Assembly: GCA_009692945.1 (NCBI GenBank)
Contig: SHYD01000001.1
Location: forward strand, 77,898 to 136,494
Source: Dehalococcoidia bacterium
GTDB lineage: Bacteria; Chloroflexota; Dehalococcoidia; SHYD01
Direction of reading: 5' to 3'
DNA length: 58,597 nt
The notes below the pieces were generated by a model. That model saw only the letters and a list, made by a program, of their open reading frames with translations. It had not been told where the DNA came from and did not search any database. This document shows positions 25,191 through 34,765 of the stretch, in pieces; the stretch's first letter is position 1, and each line of letters starts with the position of its first letter. Made by a program: the position numbers and the translations under genes.

Positions 25191-25793
25191 CTAATCGCCG
25201 TGCGCCAGACCAGCCAGATAATCCCGCATCGCCCGGGCCGCCCGGCCCCGGTGACTCAGGGCGTTCTTCTGTTCCGGTGGCAGTTCCGCCGTGGTCAGCC
25301 CGAGGGACGGTGCCAGGAATACCGGGTCGTAGCCAAACCCGTTGGTCCCGCGGGGCTCGCGGGTGATGAGCCCTTCGACCTCGCCCCGCAGCGTGTGGAT
25401 CGTGGCTTGCGGGGTCGCCAGCGCGATCACGCAGACGAACCGTGCGGTCCGCTGCGCGTCCAGCACTCCCTCAAGATTGCGGAGCAGCAACACCACCCGC
25501 TCTGCGTCCGTCAGGTTCGGCCCGCCATAGCGGGCCGACAGCACGCCGGGCGCCCCGCCCAGCGCATCGACGGCGAGGCCGGAGTCGTCCGCCAGCGTCA
25601 GCAGGCCGCTGACTCGAGCGTAGGCTTCGGCCTTGAGTCGGGCGTTCGCTTCGAACGTGCCGCCCGTCTCCTCGACTTCGATGTCGATCCCCTGGTCCCG
25701 GAGGCTCACCAACCGGTAGGGGATATCGCCGAGCAGTTGGGTGAACTCCCGGAGCTTGCCGGGGTTACCGGTGGCAATCAGCAATTTTTCCAT
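25191..25793 (-). CDS. rdgB: Non-canonical purine NTP pyrophosphatase (RdgB/HAM1)
   Basis: LIATGNPGKLRE, ADDSGLAVDALGGAPGVLSARY, GFGYDPVF, KNALSHRG. Confidence 0.95.
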   Translation of the reverse strand: MEKLLIATGNPGKLREFTQLLGDIPYRLVSLRDQGIDIEVEETGGTFEANARLKAEAYARVSGLLTLADDSGLAVDALGGAPGVLSARYGGPNLTDAERVVLLLRNLEGVLDAQRTARFVCVIALATPQATIHTLRGEVEGLITREPRGTNGFGYDPVFLAPSLGLTTAELPPEQKNALSHRGRAARAMRDYLAGLAHGD

Positions 25794-25913
25794 GAAATCA
25801 TGCAGCCTGGGCGACATCTCGCTCAGCCTGAATTCCCCCGTTGATGCAGGGGCCTAGCTTCCAGTAGCGCGACCCATGGTGGGCTGCACCACTGGGCTCT
25901 CACATCGGCTGTT

Positions 25914-25962
25914 GCTGGCATTACTGGCATTACTGCCACTGGCATCACTGGCGTCACGGGCA
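25914..25962 (-). repeat. Degenerate 9-bp tandem repeat after vgrG
   Basis: About five TGCCAGTRA-like units directly after the vgrG stop. Confidence 0.65.
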
Positions 25963-27804
25963 TCAATTGATGTTGACCACCGCACCCTTGAGGGTGAGTG
26001 GGCCGTTTGCTTTCACCGACATCGTGCCCTGCGCCTCGATGTTCACCGTCGATCCCTTCAACTCCAGTGTCCCGGTGGCGCTCACCGACGCGTTGCCGCT
26101 GGCCGTCACCTCGGCGTTCCCGCTGGCGGTGACCGTCACGTTTTGGCTGGCTTTCACCGTGGCGTTGCCCTTGACCTCGACAGTCGAGTCCTTCTCGGCC
26201 GACACCGTGGCATTGCCTTTGGCAATGATGGCCACGTCGGCGTCCGCCTGGATCGTGATCTTATTGGTGCTGGAGTCGATGGTGATCAGGTTTTTGCCGG
26301 TCTTGTCGGTTATGGAAATCTTTTCGGCGTTCTCGGTATCGTCCAGGCTGATGATGTGGCCGGAACGGGTCTTGATCATCCGCTCGTTGACCTTGCTGTT
26401 GGCCACCACCGCGCTGTTGGCCTTGGGCGGCTTGTCCTGGCCGTTCCAGAGCGAGCCCAGCACGTAGGGGCGGGTGACGTCCCCATGTTCAAAGGCCACC
26501 AGCACTTCGTCGTCCACCTCGGGCAGGAAATAGAACCCCCGTTCCCTCCCGGCCATCGGACTCGCCACCCTGGCCCACCAACTCTGCTCGTTGTCGGCCA
26601 GCCACGGAAACTTCACTTTGACCCGGCCCAAGCCCTTTTCAGCGTCGGTGTTGTCGGTCACAACCCCCACCACCACGCTGGGAAGCGACCATGAATCCCT
26701 CCTCAATCCCACCAACTCCAGCAGGGAATCGCTCTGCCTGCCTGTCACCTGAAACGTGGTGAGATAGCCCTCCGGGCCGCTGACCCGGTGCGTGGCGCCC
26801 GTCACGTAGTAGGTTCCGGACACCTTGGCCCCGACATCACCCAGTGCGATCTTGACCCCCGGTTTGATCGCAGCGTCCCCGAGGGAAACCCCCTCCGCCT
26901 GAACGTAAGAGCCGTCGAGGCTGTCAAAAGCCGCCTTGGCAAGCGTTTCCGCCTCCGCGCTGTCGGCGACGACGCGGTTGACCACCGAGAACTTTGCCGC
27001 GCCAAACAACTGAGCCACCTGTTTCCCGTTCTTTGCGAGGCTGGTAGCGGGCTCGGCCTGGGGGGTGGTGGCGGTCCCCACGATCGCCTGCTTCTGCTCC
27101 ATGTCCCAGCCGCGCACTTCCACCTCTTCCACCTGGTGTGCGGCCGATATTTTGACCCGGAAGCTGACGAGGTTCTCCCCAAGTTTCTGTTCCGGTCCGG
27201 TGCGGCCGCCGGTCTGCGGCTTTTGGAAATACAGCGTGGAGCCGTTCGCGTAGAGATCATAGCCAATGCGAGTGGCCCGTTCCTTGAGGAATTCCCAGTT
27301 GGTCTGGTTGTTCTGAAACAGATACGGGTAGACGTGCGATGTGGTATCCGCCGTGGCGGACATGCCCGCCTCCCTAGCCAACTGCGAGGCGATGTCGGAG
27401 TCCTTGATGTTCAGGAACGAACGGCTCTTCCTCCCGCGGTGCAACCGATGGGAACGGTCGTAGCCCCGCACGGTCAGGATCGGGGTGCCGTCTGGGGCCG
27501 CATCCACTTCGAGCGCGGTCACCTCGCCCTTGGTGACCTGCGAGAGCGTGGTCCCATACCCCATTTCGATGTTGACCTCCGCTCCCATCGGCAGCGTGTC
27601 GGCTTCGAAGATTTCGTAGGGGGTGACGGCTCCAGGATCGCCGGCGCTGCTGATATCGTGGAACCGGATCACAAACATGTCCGGCAGGTGGAGGCTCTGC
27701 TCGACCGAGACCTCGGCGACCCGTTCGTCGTCCTTGACCTCCAGTTCTGTGCCGTTGACCTTGATGCGAAACGACGGGACCCCGGCAATGGTTTCAGTTA
27801 CCAT
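25963..27804 (-). CDS. vgrG: eCIS spike protein, VgrG/Afp8-like
   Basis: Q.NQTNWEFLKERA hub, GRVKVKFPWL..SWWARV, GFYFLPEVDDEVLVAFEHGD OB fold, C-terminal beta-helix repeats. Confidence 0.93.
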   Translation of the reverse strand: MVTETIAGVPSFRIKVNGTELEVKDDERVAEVSVEQSLHLPDMFVIRFHDISSAGDPGAVTPYEIFEADTLPMGAEVNIEMGYGTTLSQVTKGEVTALEVDAAPDGTPILTVRGYDRSHRLHRGRKSRSFLNIKDSDIASQLAREAGMSATADTTSHVYPYLFQNNQTNWEFLKERATRIGYDLYANGSTLYFQKPQTGGRTGPEQKLGENLVSFRVKISAAHQVEEVEVRGWDMEQKQAIVGTATTPQAEPATSLAKNGKQVAQLFGAAKFSVVNRVVADSAEAETLAKAAFDSLDGSYVQAEGVSLGDAAIKPGVKIALGDVGAKVSGTYYVTGATHRVSGPEGYLTTFQVTGRQSDSLLELVGLRRDSWSLPSVVVGVVTDNTDAEKGLGRVKVKFPWLADNEQSWWARVASPMAGRERGFYFLPEVDDEVLVAFEHGDVTRPYVLGSLWNGQDKPPKANSAVVANSKVNERMIKTRSGHIISLDDTENAEKISITDKTGKNLITIDSSTNKITIQADADVAIIAKGNATVSAEKDSTVEVKGNATVKASQNVTVTASGNAEVTASGNASVSATGTLELKGSTVNIEAQGTMSVKANGPLTLKGAVVNIN

Positions 27805-27876
27805 GATGCAACTCCGTTTTACGTGTGCGTGGTCTGTGGCGATTCATGTATGGGCCGCCGAAGGTCGCAGTCCGTA

Positions 27877-28542
27877 CTAGAGTCCGGGAGGGAGCGCCAG
27901 CCGTTGCCCCGGGTGCAGCCGCAGCGGGTCTTCCAGGCCGTTGAAGTCGGCGATCGCCCGCCATTTCATCGGATCTCCGTACTCCTGATAGGCGATGGTG
28001 TCCAGCGTCTCCCCCTGGAGCACGGTCCTCACCTTGTACGACCGTGCGAAAGACGTCGGATTGGTTCCGCGCGTAGCGTCGCTCCCCTCCTCGACCATCC
28101 GGAACTCGAGGCTGAGCTTGGCCCGCACCGGAGTGCCGTCGGACAGGAACATGGTGAGCGCCTGGGTCACCGAGGTGATGACGGCGCGGAAATAGCCGCC
28201 CTTCCAACGGAAGCTGACCTTCTTGGGCCGCCCCAGCCTGGGTACGATCTTCATCAGGTTAAAGACCTTGCCGGTGTGCTCCCGGACGTCCGTGGCCGGG
28301 GTGGCCCCGTAGGTATCGAAGTGGAGGTCGTTCAGGGACAGCGTGGTGTCGCCGCCCGAGCCAAACACCACCAGCGGGATGTCCCGTTCGCGCTGTGACT
28401 CACTGGTCCAGTTGTTTGTCTTCTTGACCGTGTATTGTTCCGGGTTGAACATGAAGGTCACCACCGGCGCCGGTCCGGGGTCGTCCTCATCGAAGATGCC
28501 CGCCTTCACCGGGTGGGCATCCCCTCCGCCGCTCGTCGTCAT
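27877..28542 (-). CDS. eCIS tube initiator with C-terminal LysM (Afp7-like)
   Basis: FMFNPEQY, MFLSDGTPVRA, GETLDTIAYQEYGDPMKWRAIADFNGLEDP. Confidence 0.9.
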   Translation of the reverse strand: MTTSGGGDAHPVKAGIFDEDDPGPAPVVTFMFNPEQYTVKKTNNWTSESQRERDIPLVVFGSGGDTTLSLNDLHFDTYGATPATDVREHTGKVFNLMKIVPRLGRPKKVSFRWKGGYFRAVITSVTQALTMFLSDGTPVRAKLSLEFRMVEEGSDATRGTNPTSFARSYKVRTVLQGETLDTIAYQEYGDPMKWRAIADFNGLEDPLRLHPGQRLALPPGL

Positions 28543-28572
28543 CGATATGCTCCTGAGTTCATCGCCGGGCTG

Positions 28573-31500
28573 CTACCAACCGTTCAAGCCACGGTTCGCC
28601 CCAAGCCGCTCTCGCTCCACCACCAACCGTTGCTTGATCAGAGCATAGACCTGCCGGGCCAACAGGTCGACATTCGGGGCCGAGGCTGCCTCTGCCTGCG
28701 GCCCACTCACTTCGTTCGTCACCATCCCGGGATAGGAACCGGGAGCCACCGCCTGAACCCCTGTGCGGCCGGTGGCGGCCAGGGCAACATCGCTCCGGCC
28801 CAATGGTGGCAGGGTCATCGGCCCAGCTGCCGTCGCGGCGGGTGAAGGTCCGGAACTCATGCCAGAAAGGGACGGGAAGCCGGACCGAAACGCGCCGCTG
28901 GCGGTCGCCCCGCCAGGCCCCAGATCGAAGCTGCTCATGGCAGTGGCCGGCGACGAGACGCCGGCGCCCTGGCCTGCGAACTCGAGTGCGGGGCCCTGGG
29001 GCCACCCCTCCACCTCAAATACGTCGATCCTGACCTGGGCTGCCGCCATTCCAAGGCCGGTCATCGCAGCTGGTCCCATCGCGTCCCTACCGGGCATGGC
29101 CAGAGCCACAGGTCTCAGATCGGTCATCTGGGGACCGCGGGGCAAGAACGGGGACGCGGCTACCGGGGAATCGGTGGGCCGGTGATCCGAAAACGCCGCC
29201 GGGGGCAGCAGGAGCCGGAGTTGCCCGGGCCTGTGAGCGATGGGGACCGCGCCGTTCAACCATGGCAGGTCTGCTAGGGAAACCGGCCCTTGCGGACCAC
29301 CGACGCTGAGCACGCCCGCTTCCATGGCCAGGTCCGGCTCGAACCTCGATGCCGGAACCGGTTCCCCTCGTACCCACTCGATGTGCAGTCCCCGCTCCTC
29401 GAGTTGGCGGATCAGCCCGGGATCGAGGTCCCCAGGCTCTGGGACAGGCGCTGGGGCCTCCCCGGCGACCCAGTCAAGGATTATCCGGACCGGCTCCACC
29501 GGGCCAGGGCGGCTATCAAGTCCCGCTGCACCCTCCAACGAACCTGCCATGGTTGCGCCCGGACGTAGCAGGAACCGCATCCCCGCGGGGCTCTCGGATC
29601 TCACCACAGCCCCCTCCAGAATGCCGAGGGCGCCCAGTGAGACCGGCCCATGGGGGCCTCGCACCGTTAACTCAGCGGCCCTCCGTCCGTGGTCCGAGGC
29701 CCTCGCTCCCAACGTCACCTCGATGCCACGTTCCAGGATTACGGGAAGTCCCGCTCGTTCCAGGCGGGCGAGCGCCGCTTGGATGCCCTCCCAAACGTTC
29801 GGGGTCGCCCAGGGGTCGTGACCACGGACCCAATCCAGCGTTAGGCGGACCGGTTCCGGCCGCACCGGCTCTGCTTCGGGGCCGAGGGAGAGTCCGCCGC
29901 CGTCGCGGCCCTCGGCCCGGTCTGTCCCAGCGCTCGCCGGGAAACCCGGTGAGAGTGGTCCGGTTGCTGACGGACGGTTCTCAGTCATCCAACGGCCCAG
30001 TTGCTCCCGGCCCGCTCCCTCCGTGGCCCAGGTGGACGCCATCGGGGTATCAAATTTAAGGGGCAACAGGTCGGACAAGACCGATACCGGCGAAGCGGCG
30101 CCACCCGCAGCGCCGGGCGACAGGCCAAACCCGGTTTGCTCAGCGGCGATCTGCTCCTCCGCGGCCCCGGCGAGCGCCCCCAGCCAATGCTGCTGAATGC
30201 CGGCGTCTGGCGATGCACCGGGCATGTTCAATCCCGCATCGCCGTGGTCCGCCTCAATCGGCGCTCCCGCGGTTCCGAGGAGGATTCCCAACCACTGCTG
30301 AATGCCGAGGTATGGGAGCGCACCGGCCCGGCCCGAACCGGCGTCGCCGGCTTGCCCCTCCGTCTTGTCTTCCTCGATTCCGGCGAGCGCCCCCGGCCAA
30401 TGCTGCCGAATACCGGCGTCTGGTGGTACGCCGGGCCCGCCCGATACGGCCTCGCCGGGGTCCGCCTCCACCCGAGCTCCCGCGATTCCAGGGAGGATTC
30501 CCAGCCACTGCTGCTGAAGACCAACATGCGGCCACGTTCCGGCCATGGCCGATCTGGCGTTGCCAGCGGTAGGGGCGCCCTGTACCGCCGGTGTTGGGAT
30601 CCCGACAAAGTCCATACCCAAATGGGCAGATGACGCCGCTCCGAGGTGAGCGATTGAGAATGGCTCAATCGCTTCCGCGCTGACTCGATCCCCCGATTGA
30701 ACCTCCTGCGCATCTCCTCGTTGCTGCCCGCCGGCGGTGGGAGGCCCGGGGGATTGATCAGCGCCGGCCAGCACCTGAACCGCCCCGGGGCGGTGGGCGA
30801 TGAGACCGGAGCGCTGCAACAACTCCACCCCACTCAATGGCGCCGGGCCGGACTCACCCAGGAGGATCAACCCAGAGGCCGGACCGCCCAGGCCAGGGGA
30901 CACGGCGGACTCACGCCCCCGTTCAAGTTCAACCCGCAGGCCGAACTGTTCCAATCGCCGCAGGGAGCGCCGGGTCTCGGCCAACTGCTCCGGGTGCTGC
31001 CAGGGGTCGTGCCCAGCCACCCAATCGACGGTAATGCGGACTGGCTCAAGGGAACCGGTGCGCCCGCCAGCGTTGGGTGGCTGCCTCTCCTCCGCCACGG
31101 GGGCTTGGGGCGCACCGGTAGCCGCGCCGCCATGCTGCGCGCTCGAAGCCATTCCAGCGTCACTTCCGCCGCCCGCTGCGTCAGCGGGCGTGCCTCCTGC
31201 GGGCCTGGCTGCCGGTGCGGCGTCGGTTTGTACGAGGTCCATTGTCAGCGGATCTCCCGCGCCGCGCAGCGGCGACCAAACCGCTGCGCCATCGTGCCAA
31301 TCCCATCGAGGAGCGGTTTGCAGGTTCCCAAGGTTAAGGATGGCGGGCCCCGGATCAGCGGCGCCGCCGGAATCCAATACCTCGCTCATTGCGGCTGCGT
31401 GGGGGAAATCGACATCTCGGTGTGTCAATAGCGCCGGTGCGCCCCCCGCGATTGCCGGACCCGGCAGCCACCGCCAGCCGGCGGTCTCACCTGGTTCGAA

Positions 31501-34263
31501 CGGGGCGCCAATCCCGGCGCCAGAAGAGGAGCGCGGGCGGCGGGAGGCCGGGGAGCCGGTTGCAGCGGGAACCCGGGAAACTTCGCCAGAGAACGACCCG
31601 GCGTCGCCCCGGATGGGGGCGATACCGGGTGGAGAGGACGGGGTGGCGGCATCCGGCGACGGGCCTTCCTGAGGCTCAAAGGCAAGCGCCCCGGGCGTCG
31701 CCCCGATTGGCCCGGCTGGGACGGAGTTCGGGGGATCCGGCATGGGGCCTCGTTGCTCCGGGCCGGAATCCCCGGACATAGCGGCCGCCTCGCCATCCCC
31801 TTCAGACGTAAAGACGAAGGGGTCCTGGACGAAGGGCGTATCCGTGGGATAGCCACCCGGTGGCAGCACCACCTGGAGCAAGCCCGGTCGGTCGCCGATG
31901 ACCATCACGGCATCGCCAAAGCCGCCCAGGTCCAAGGCCACCGGGCCCGCGGCGGTCATTACCCGGAGCGCCCCAGCCGGGTGCGCCGCTCCGGGATCGA
32001 ATTGCGCCACAGAAACGCCCCGGCCGGGAGCCAGGCGCAGATGGATCCCCTGAACCCGCAGGGCCTCAACCAACCGGTCCGCTCGCTCGGGAAACCCGGG
32101 TGTCTGCCAGGGATCGCTGCCGGCAACCCAGTCCATCACGAGCACGATCTCTTCCCGTGCCGCGCGGGCGCCCGCCGGTTCCGGGGCGCTGAGGGGAGGT
32201 TCAGTGAGCGGCTGATCGGTGGCGCCCGGTCCCGCAGGTGTTCCGGGGCCTGGCCTGGCCCCGGATTCGCCGCCCGCCGCCACCGCACCCCAGTCCGCTG
32301 CCCATGGCTCCACGGCGGCCGTGGCAGATGTCGCCGCCTCTTCCGATCCGGGGGGTGACGTCAGATTAAATGGCTCGATGGAGGGAGGACCCGATGGCTC
32401 CGTAGCGTCCTGGGGGGCGATGGACGGACCGCGAGCCGCTGGAACCCGTCCCACCGTGGCTGCGGCGGTCGAGCTTCCCCCGCCCTCATTCGGCCCCTCC
32501 GGGGTCGCCGCCGGTGCAAACGTCATTCCGGATGTCGAACTAGGGCCGCCTGTTGCTGGACCAGGCTCTGGGGCGCCACTCCCAGCGCCCACAGGGGTGG
32601 CGGTGGAGGTTGTGGTGGGTGCACTGCCAGATTCTGGCCTCGTAATTGCCGGTGGCGGGTGCCCAGGCTCGTTCGGTCCGGCGCCGAGGAGGTCCGGAAA
32701 CGGCGGAGCTGAGAGCTCCGTGCCGCCCGGGGGAAAGGAGCCCGGTACGTCATCCGCCCTTGTCACGGCGTAAACCGGGCCCATCCTTATGAGAGCGGGA
32801 CCCACCGTTGCAGGCGGGGCGGGCCCAGCCGTGGGAGCAGAAGGCAGCATCGCCGGCGCGGGGGGCGACGCCGCCGGTGGCCCACCGATTGGCGTGGCCT
32901 GCGGTCCGGCGACAGAGGCTCCCGGCGGTTCTTGCCTCGATCCCGAGGCGCTGACCCCAGGGGAACCCGCTTGTTCCACTCTGGACGGCAAGGGTTCCTT
33001 TTGCTCGGGGGCCGGGCTCCCCATCGGCCCCGCCTGGCCCCTCGGAGCGTCGACCGGCGCGCTCGGACTCTCAGGCAGGACCAGGTCGAAGGCCGGCGAC
33101 ATTGGCGCATCGAACGCCTGATGCAAACTGCCGGGGCGATCCCCAGATGGAACGCTTGCGGGAACGGGTCCCCGGGGCGGCGCACCCCGCTGGGCAACCA
33201 CCGATTGAGCCAGCGGTACCGGCCTGGAGATGGAAATGGCTGGGCTGGGTTGGAAGGGCGACTCGGAGCCGCCCAGGCCGCCTTCCGGCGTACGCTCCGC
33301 CGGTGTGGCCGGACGCGCCGTTCCCGGCGGCGCTGGGGTCCGTACACCCGCAACACCCTCGGCGTCGTCAGCCGAGAACCCCTCCCCGGACCCGGACCTT
33401 TGGCGGACCTGCGGCTCAGTCGAAGGCGAATGTGCCGTGTTCCCCTCACGGTCTGATGTCAGCAGGGGCAGGCCGGGAAGGGGATACCCCACCCCGGCAG
33501 CCGCGGTTCCGCTCAGCCAGTCGAGCCAGTTGGTGGTCCGGACCGCGTGCCCTTCGAGCAGCTCGGGAATCCCGCCCAGGGCGCCGGCCATCCGCAGCCT
33601 CGGCTGGGATGCCGTCGCGGGAAAGAACGCCGTCGCTGCCCCGCCGGCGGCGCGCTGGGCGGCCCGGAACGGGGCAACGTGCGCTCCGTCCCGGGCCCCA
33701 CGGTTCGCGACGACCGATCGAGCCAGCGACCGGGGGCGGGCGCCGGCGGTGCCGGAAACCGGCGACCCCGCAGCTCCCGGCGCTGCGGGGGACGCTTCAA
33801 AGGTTGGACCGTGCTCTGAGGCGGGTGTCGCTCGATCGCCAGGCCGGGCCTGGGTGCGCCGCGCGGCCCGCACCCCAGCCCAAAGGTCAAGGGGGTCGCC
33901 CGAACTGGCCACGGCCTCGACCGCGTCGTCTTCGTCCCATGCGACGAAGGGCATGTCCAGCGGGGAATAGTGGTCCCCACCCCCGTCATCGAGGGCTAGC
34001 CAGTCGAGCCAGCCCAGTCCCCGCTGAGCGATTTCGCCGAGGAAATCGAGGGTGCCGGCCAGACCGGCCGTCAACTCGGCCGACCGCTGGGACAATCGCT
34101 CGGCGACGGTGGGGGCCGCCACCCTGGAGGCGATGGTTGCGGCGAACCCCCGCCGTGCCGTTAGCGCCGGGTCACCGGACAGTTCTAGCGCGGCTGCGCC
34201 GTCGGCCGGGAGGTGGCTTTGCCGGCTCGGTGGGGACGCCTGGCCCCCCTCGGGCTCAGCCAT
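28573..34263 (-). CDS. Giant Pro/Ala/Gly-rich eCIS-associated protein (1896 aa)
   Basis: Single ORF co-oriented inside the operon; four ~90-aa repeats; C-terminal helix VDLLARQVYALIKQRLVVERERLG. Confidence 0.8.
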   Translation of the reverse strand: MAEPEGGQASPPSRQSHLPADGAAALELSGDPALTARRGFAATIASRVAAPTVAERLSQRSAELTAGLAGTLDFLGEIAQRGLGWLDWLALDDGGGDHYSPLDMPFVAWDEDDAVEAVASSGDPLDLWAGVRAARRTQARPGDRATPASEHGPTFEASPAAPGAAGSPVSGTAGARPRSLARSVVANRGARDGAHVAPFRAAQRAAGGAATAFFPATASQPRLRMAGALGGIPELLEGHAVRTTNWLDWLSGTAAAGVGYPLPGLPLLTSDREGNTAHSPSTEPQVRQRSGSGEGFSADDAEGVAGVRTPAPPGTARPATPAERTPEGGLGGSESPFQPSPAISISRPVPLAQSVVAQRGAPPRGPVPASVPSGDRPGSLHQAFDAPMSPAFDLVLPESPSAPVDAPRGQAGPMGSPAPEQKEPLPSRVEQAGSPGVSASGSRQEPPGASVAGPQATPIGGPPAASPPAPAMLPSAPTAGPAPPATVGPALIRMGPVYAVTRADDVPGSFPPGGTELSAPPFPDLLGAGPNEPGHPPPAITRPESGSAPTTTSTATPVGAGSGAPEPGPATGGPSSTSGMTFAPAATPEGPNEGGGSSTAAATVGRVPAARGPSIAPQDATEPSGPPSIEPFNLTSPPGSEEAATSATAAVEPWAADWGAVAAGGESGARPGPGTPAGPGATDQPLTEPPLSAPEPAGARAAREEIVLVMDWVAGSDPWQTPGFPERADRLVEALRVQGIHLRLAPGRGVSVAQFDPGAAHPAGALRVMTAAGPVALDLGGFGDAVMVIGDRPGLLQVVLPPGGYPTDTPFVQDPFVFTSEGDGEAAAMSGDSGPEQRGPMPDPPNSVPAGPIGATPGALAFEPQEGPSPDAATPSSPPGIAPIRGDAGSFSGEVSRVPAATGSPASRRPRSSSGAGIGAPFEPGETAGWRWLPGPAIAGGAPALLTHRDVDFPHAAAMSEVLDSGGAADPGPAILNLGNLQTAPRWDWHDGAAVWSPLRGAGDPLTMDLVQTDAAPAARPAGGTPADAAGGGSDAGMASSAQHGGAATGAPQAPVAEERQPPNAGGRTGSLEPVRITVDWVAGHDPWQHPEQLAETRRSLRRLEQFGLRVELERGRESAVSPGLGGPASGLILLGESGPAPLSGVELLQRSGLIAHRPGAVQVLAGADQSPGPPTAGGQQRGDAQEVQSGDRVSAEAIEPFSIAHLGAASSAHLGMDFVGIPTPAVQGAPTAGNARSAMAGTWPHVGLQQQWLGILPGIAGARVEADPGEAVSGGPGVPPDAGIRQHWPGALAGIEEDKTEGQAGDAGSGRAGALPYLGIQQWLGILLGTAGAPIEADHGDAGLNMPGASPDAGIQQHWLGALAGAAEEQIAAEQTGFGLSPGAAGGAASPVSVLSDLLPLKFDTPMASTWATEGAGREQLGRWMTENRPSATGPLSPGFPASAGTDRAEGRDGGGLSLGPEAEPVRPEPVRLTLDWVRGHDPWATPNVWEGIQAALARLERAGLPVILERGIEVTLGARASDHGRRAAELTVRGPHGPVSLGALGILEGAVVRSESPAGMRFLLRPGATMAGSLEGAAGLDSRPGPVEPVRIILDWVAGEAPAPVPEPGDLDPGLIRQLEERGLHIEWVRGEPVPASRFEPDLAMEAGVLSVGGPQGPVSLADLPWLNGAVPIAHRPGQLRLLLPPAAFSDHRPTDSPVAASPFLPRGPQMTDLRPVALAMPGRDAMGPAAMTGLGMAAAQVRIDVFEVEGWPQGPALEFAGQGAGVSSPATAMSSFDLGPGGATASGAFRSGFPSLSGMSSGPSPAATAAGPMTLPPLGRSDVALAATGRTGVQAVAPGSYPGMVTNEVSGPQAEAASAPNVDLLARQVYALIKQRLVVERERLGANRGLNGW

Positions 34264-34294
34264 TGGGGAAGATCATGGCGATGCGCCGCCTACG

Positions 34295-34765
34295 CTACCG
34301 GACAGCCTTATTGATACGCCAGCCGCTGTGGGCCAACTCCAAGGCTTCCACCGCGATCCCGTTGCCATCGGCTCGAAAGTCAGGACCGGTCCATTTGACG
34401 GGGAAGGCTTTTTCCAGGTCCCACGAGAACCGGCTGTCGGTCGTGCTGACACCCCGGTTCGGGAACGCCAGGATCGAAACCGGCTTGGTCTCAAGCTTGC
34501 CCTCAATAATCTTCAGGTACCAGCTCCACAGTTCATCCGTTGCGGTCCAGCCACGTTTGAGGACGATGTTGTTCCATTTGGTGGTCTTGATCAGCTGCCG
34601 CATCCCGGAGTTGTAGCCACCCTCCTTGAACGACTCCACCTCCGTCTGAACGGTGAGGCCGGTGCATTCGGTGAACGACGCAACGGCGATCCCGTTGATC
34701 TCCACCCAGAACTTGCCCTGGCTGAAGGGGTCCACCAAGCGCCCACCGGCCGGTTGCGACGTCAA
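34295..34765 (-). CDS. Tail tube protein 2 (T4 gp19-like)
   Basis: FTECTGL, KEGGYN, NIVLKRG, AFPVKWTGPDF, IAVEALELAHSG; TTG start overlaps the upstream stop. Confidence 0.9.
   Translation of the reverse strand: MTSQPAGGRLVDPFSQGKFWVEINGIAVASFTECTGLTVQTEVESFKEGGYNSGMRQLIKTTKWNNIVLKRGWTATDELWSWYLKIIEGKLETKPVSILAFPNRGVSTTDSRFSWDLEKAFPVKWTGPDFRADGNGIAVEALELAHSGWRINKAVR

Noticed and set aside
25823-25963. 46-codon ORF coupled to the vgrG stop as a PAAR gene
   Set aside because: MPVTPVMPVAVMPVMPA... derives from the 9-bp repeats and has no PAAR motif or metal-ligand pattern
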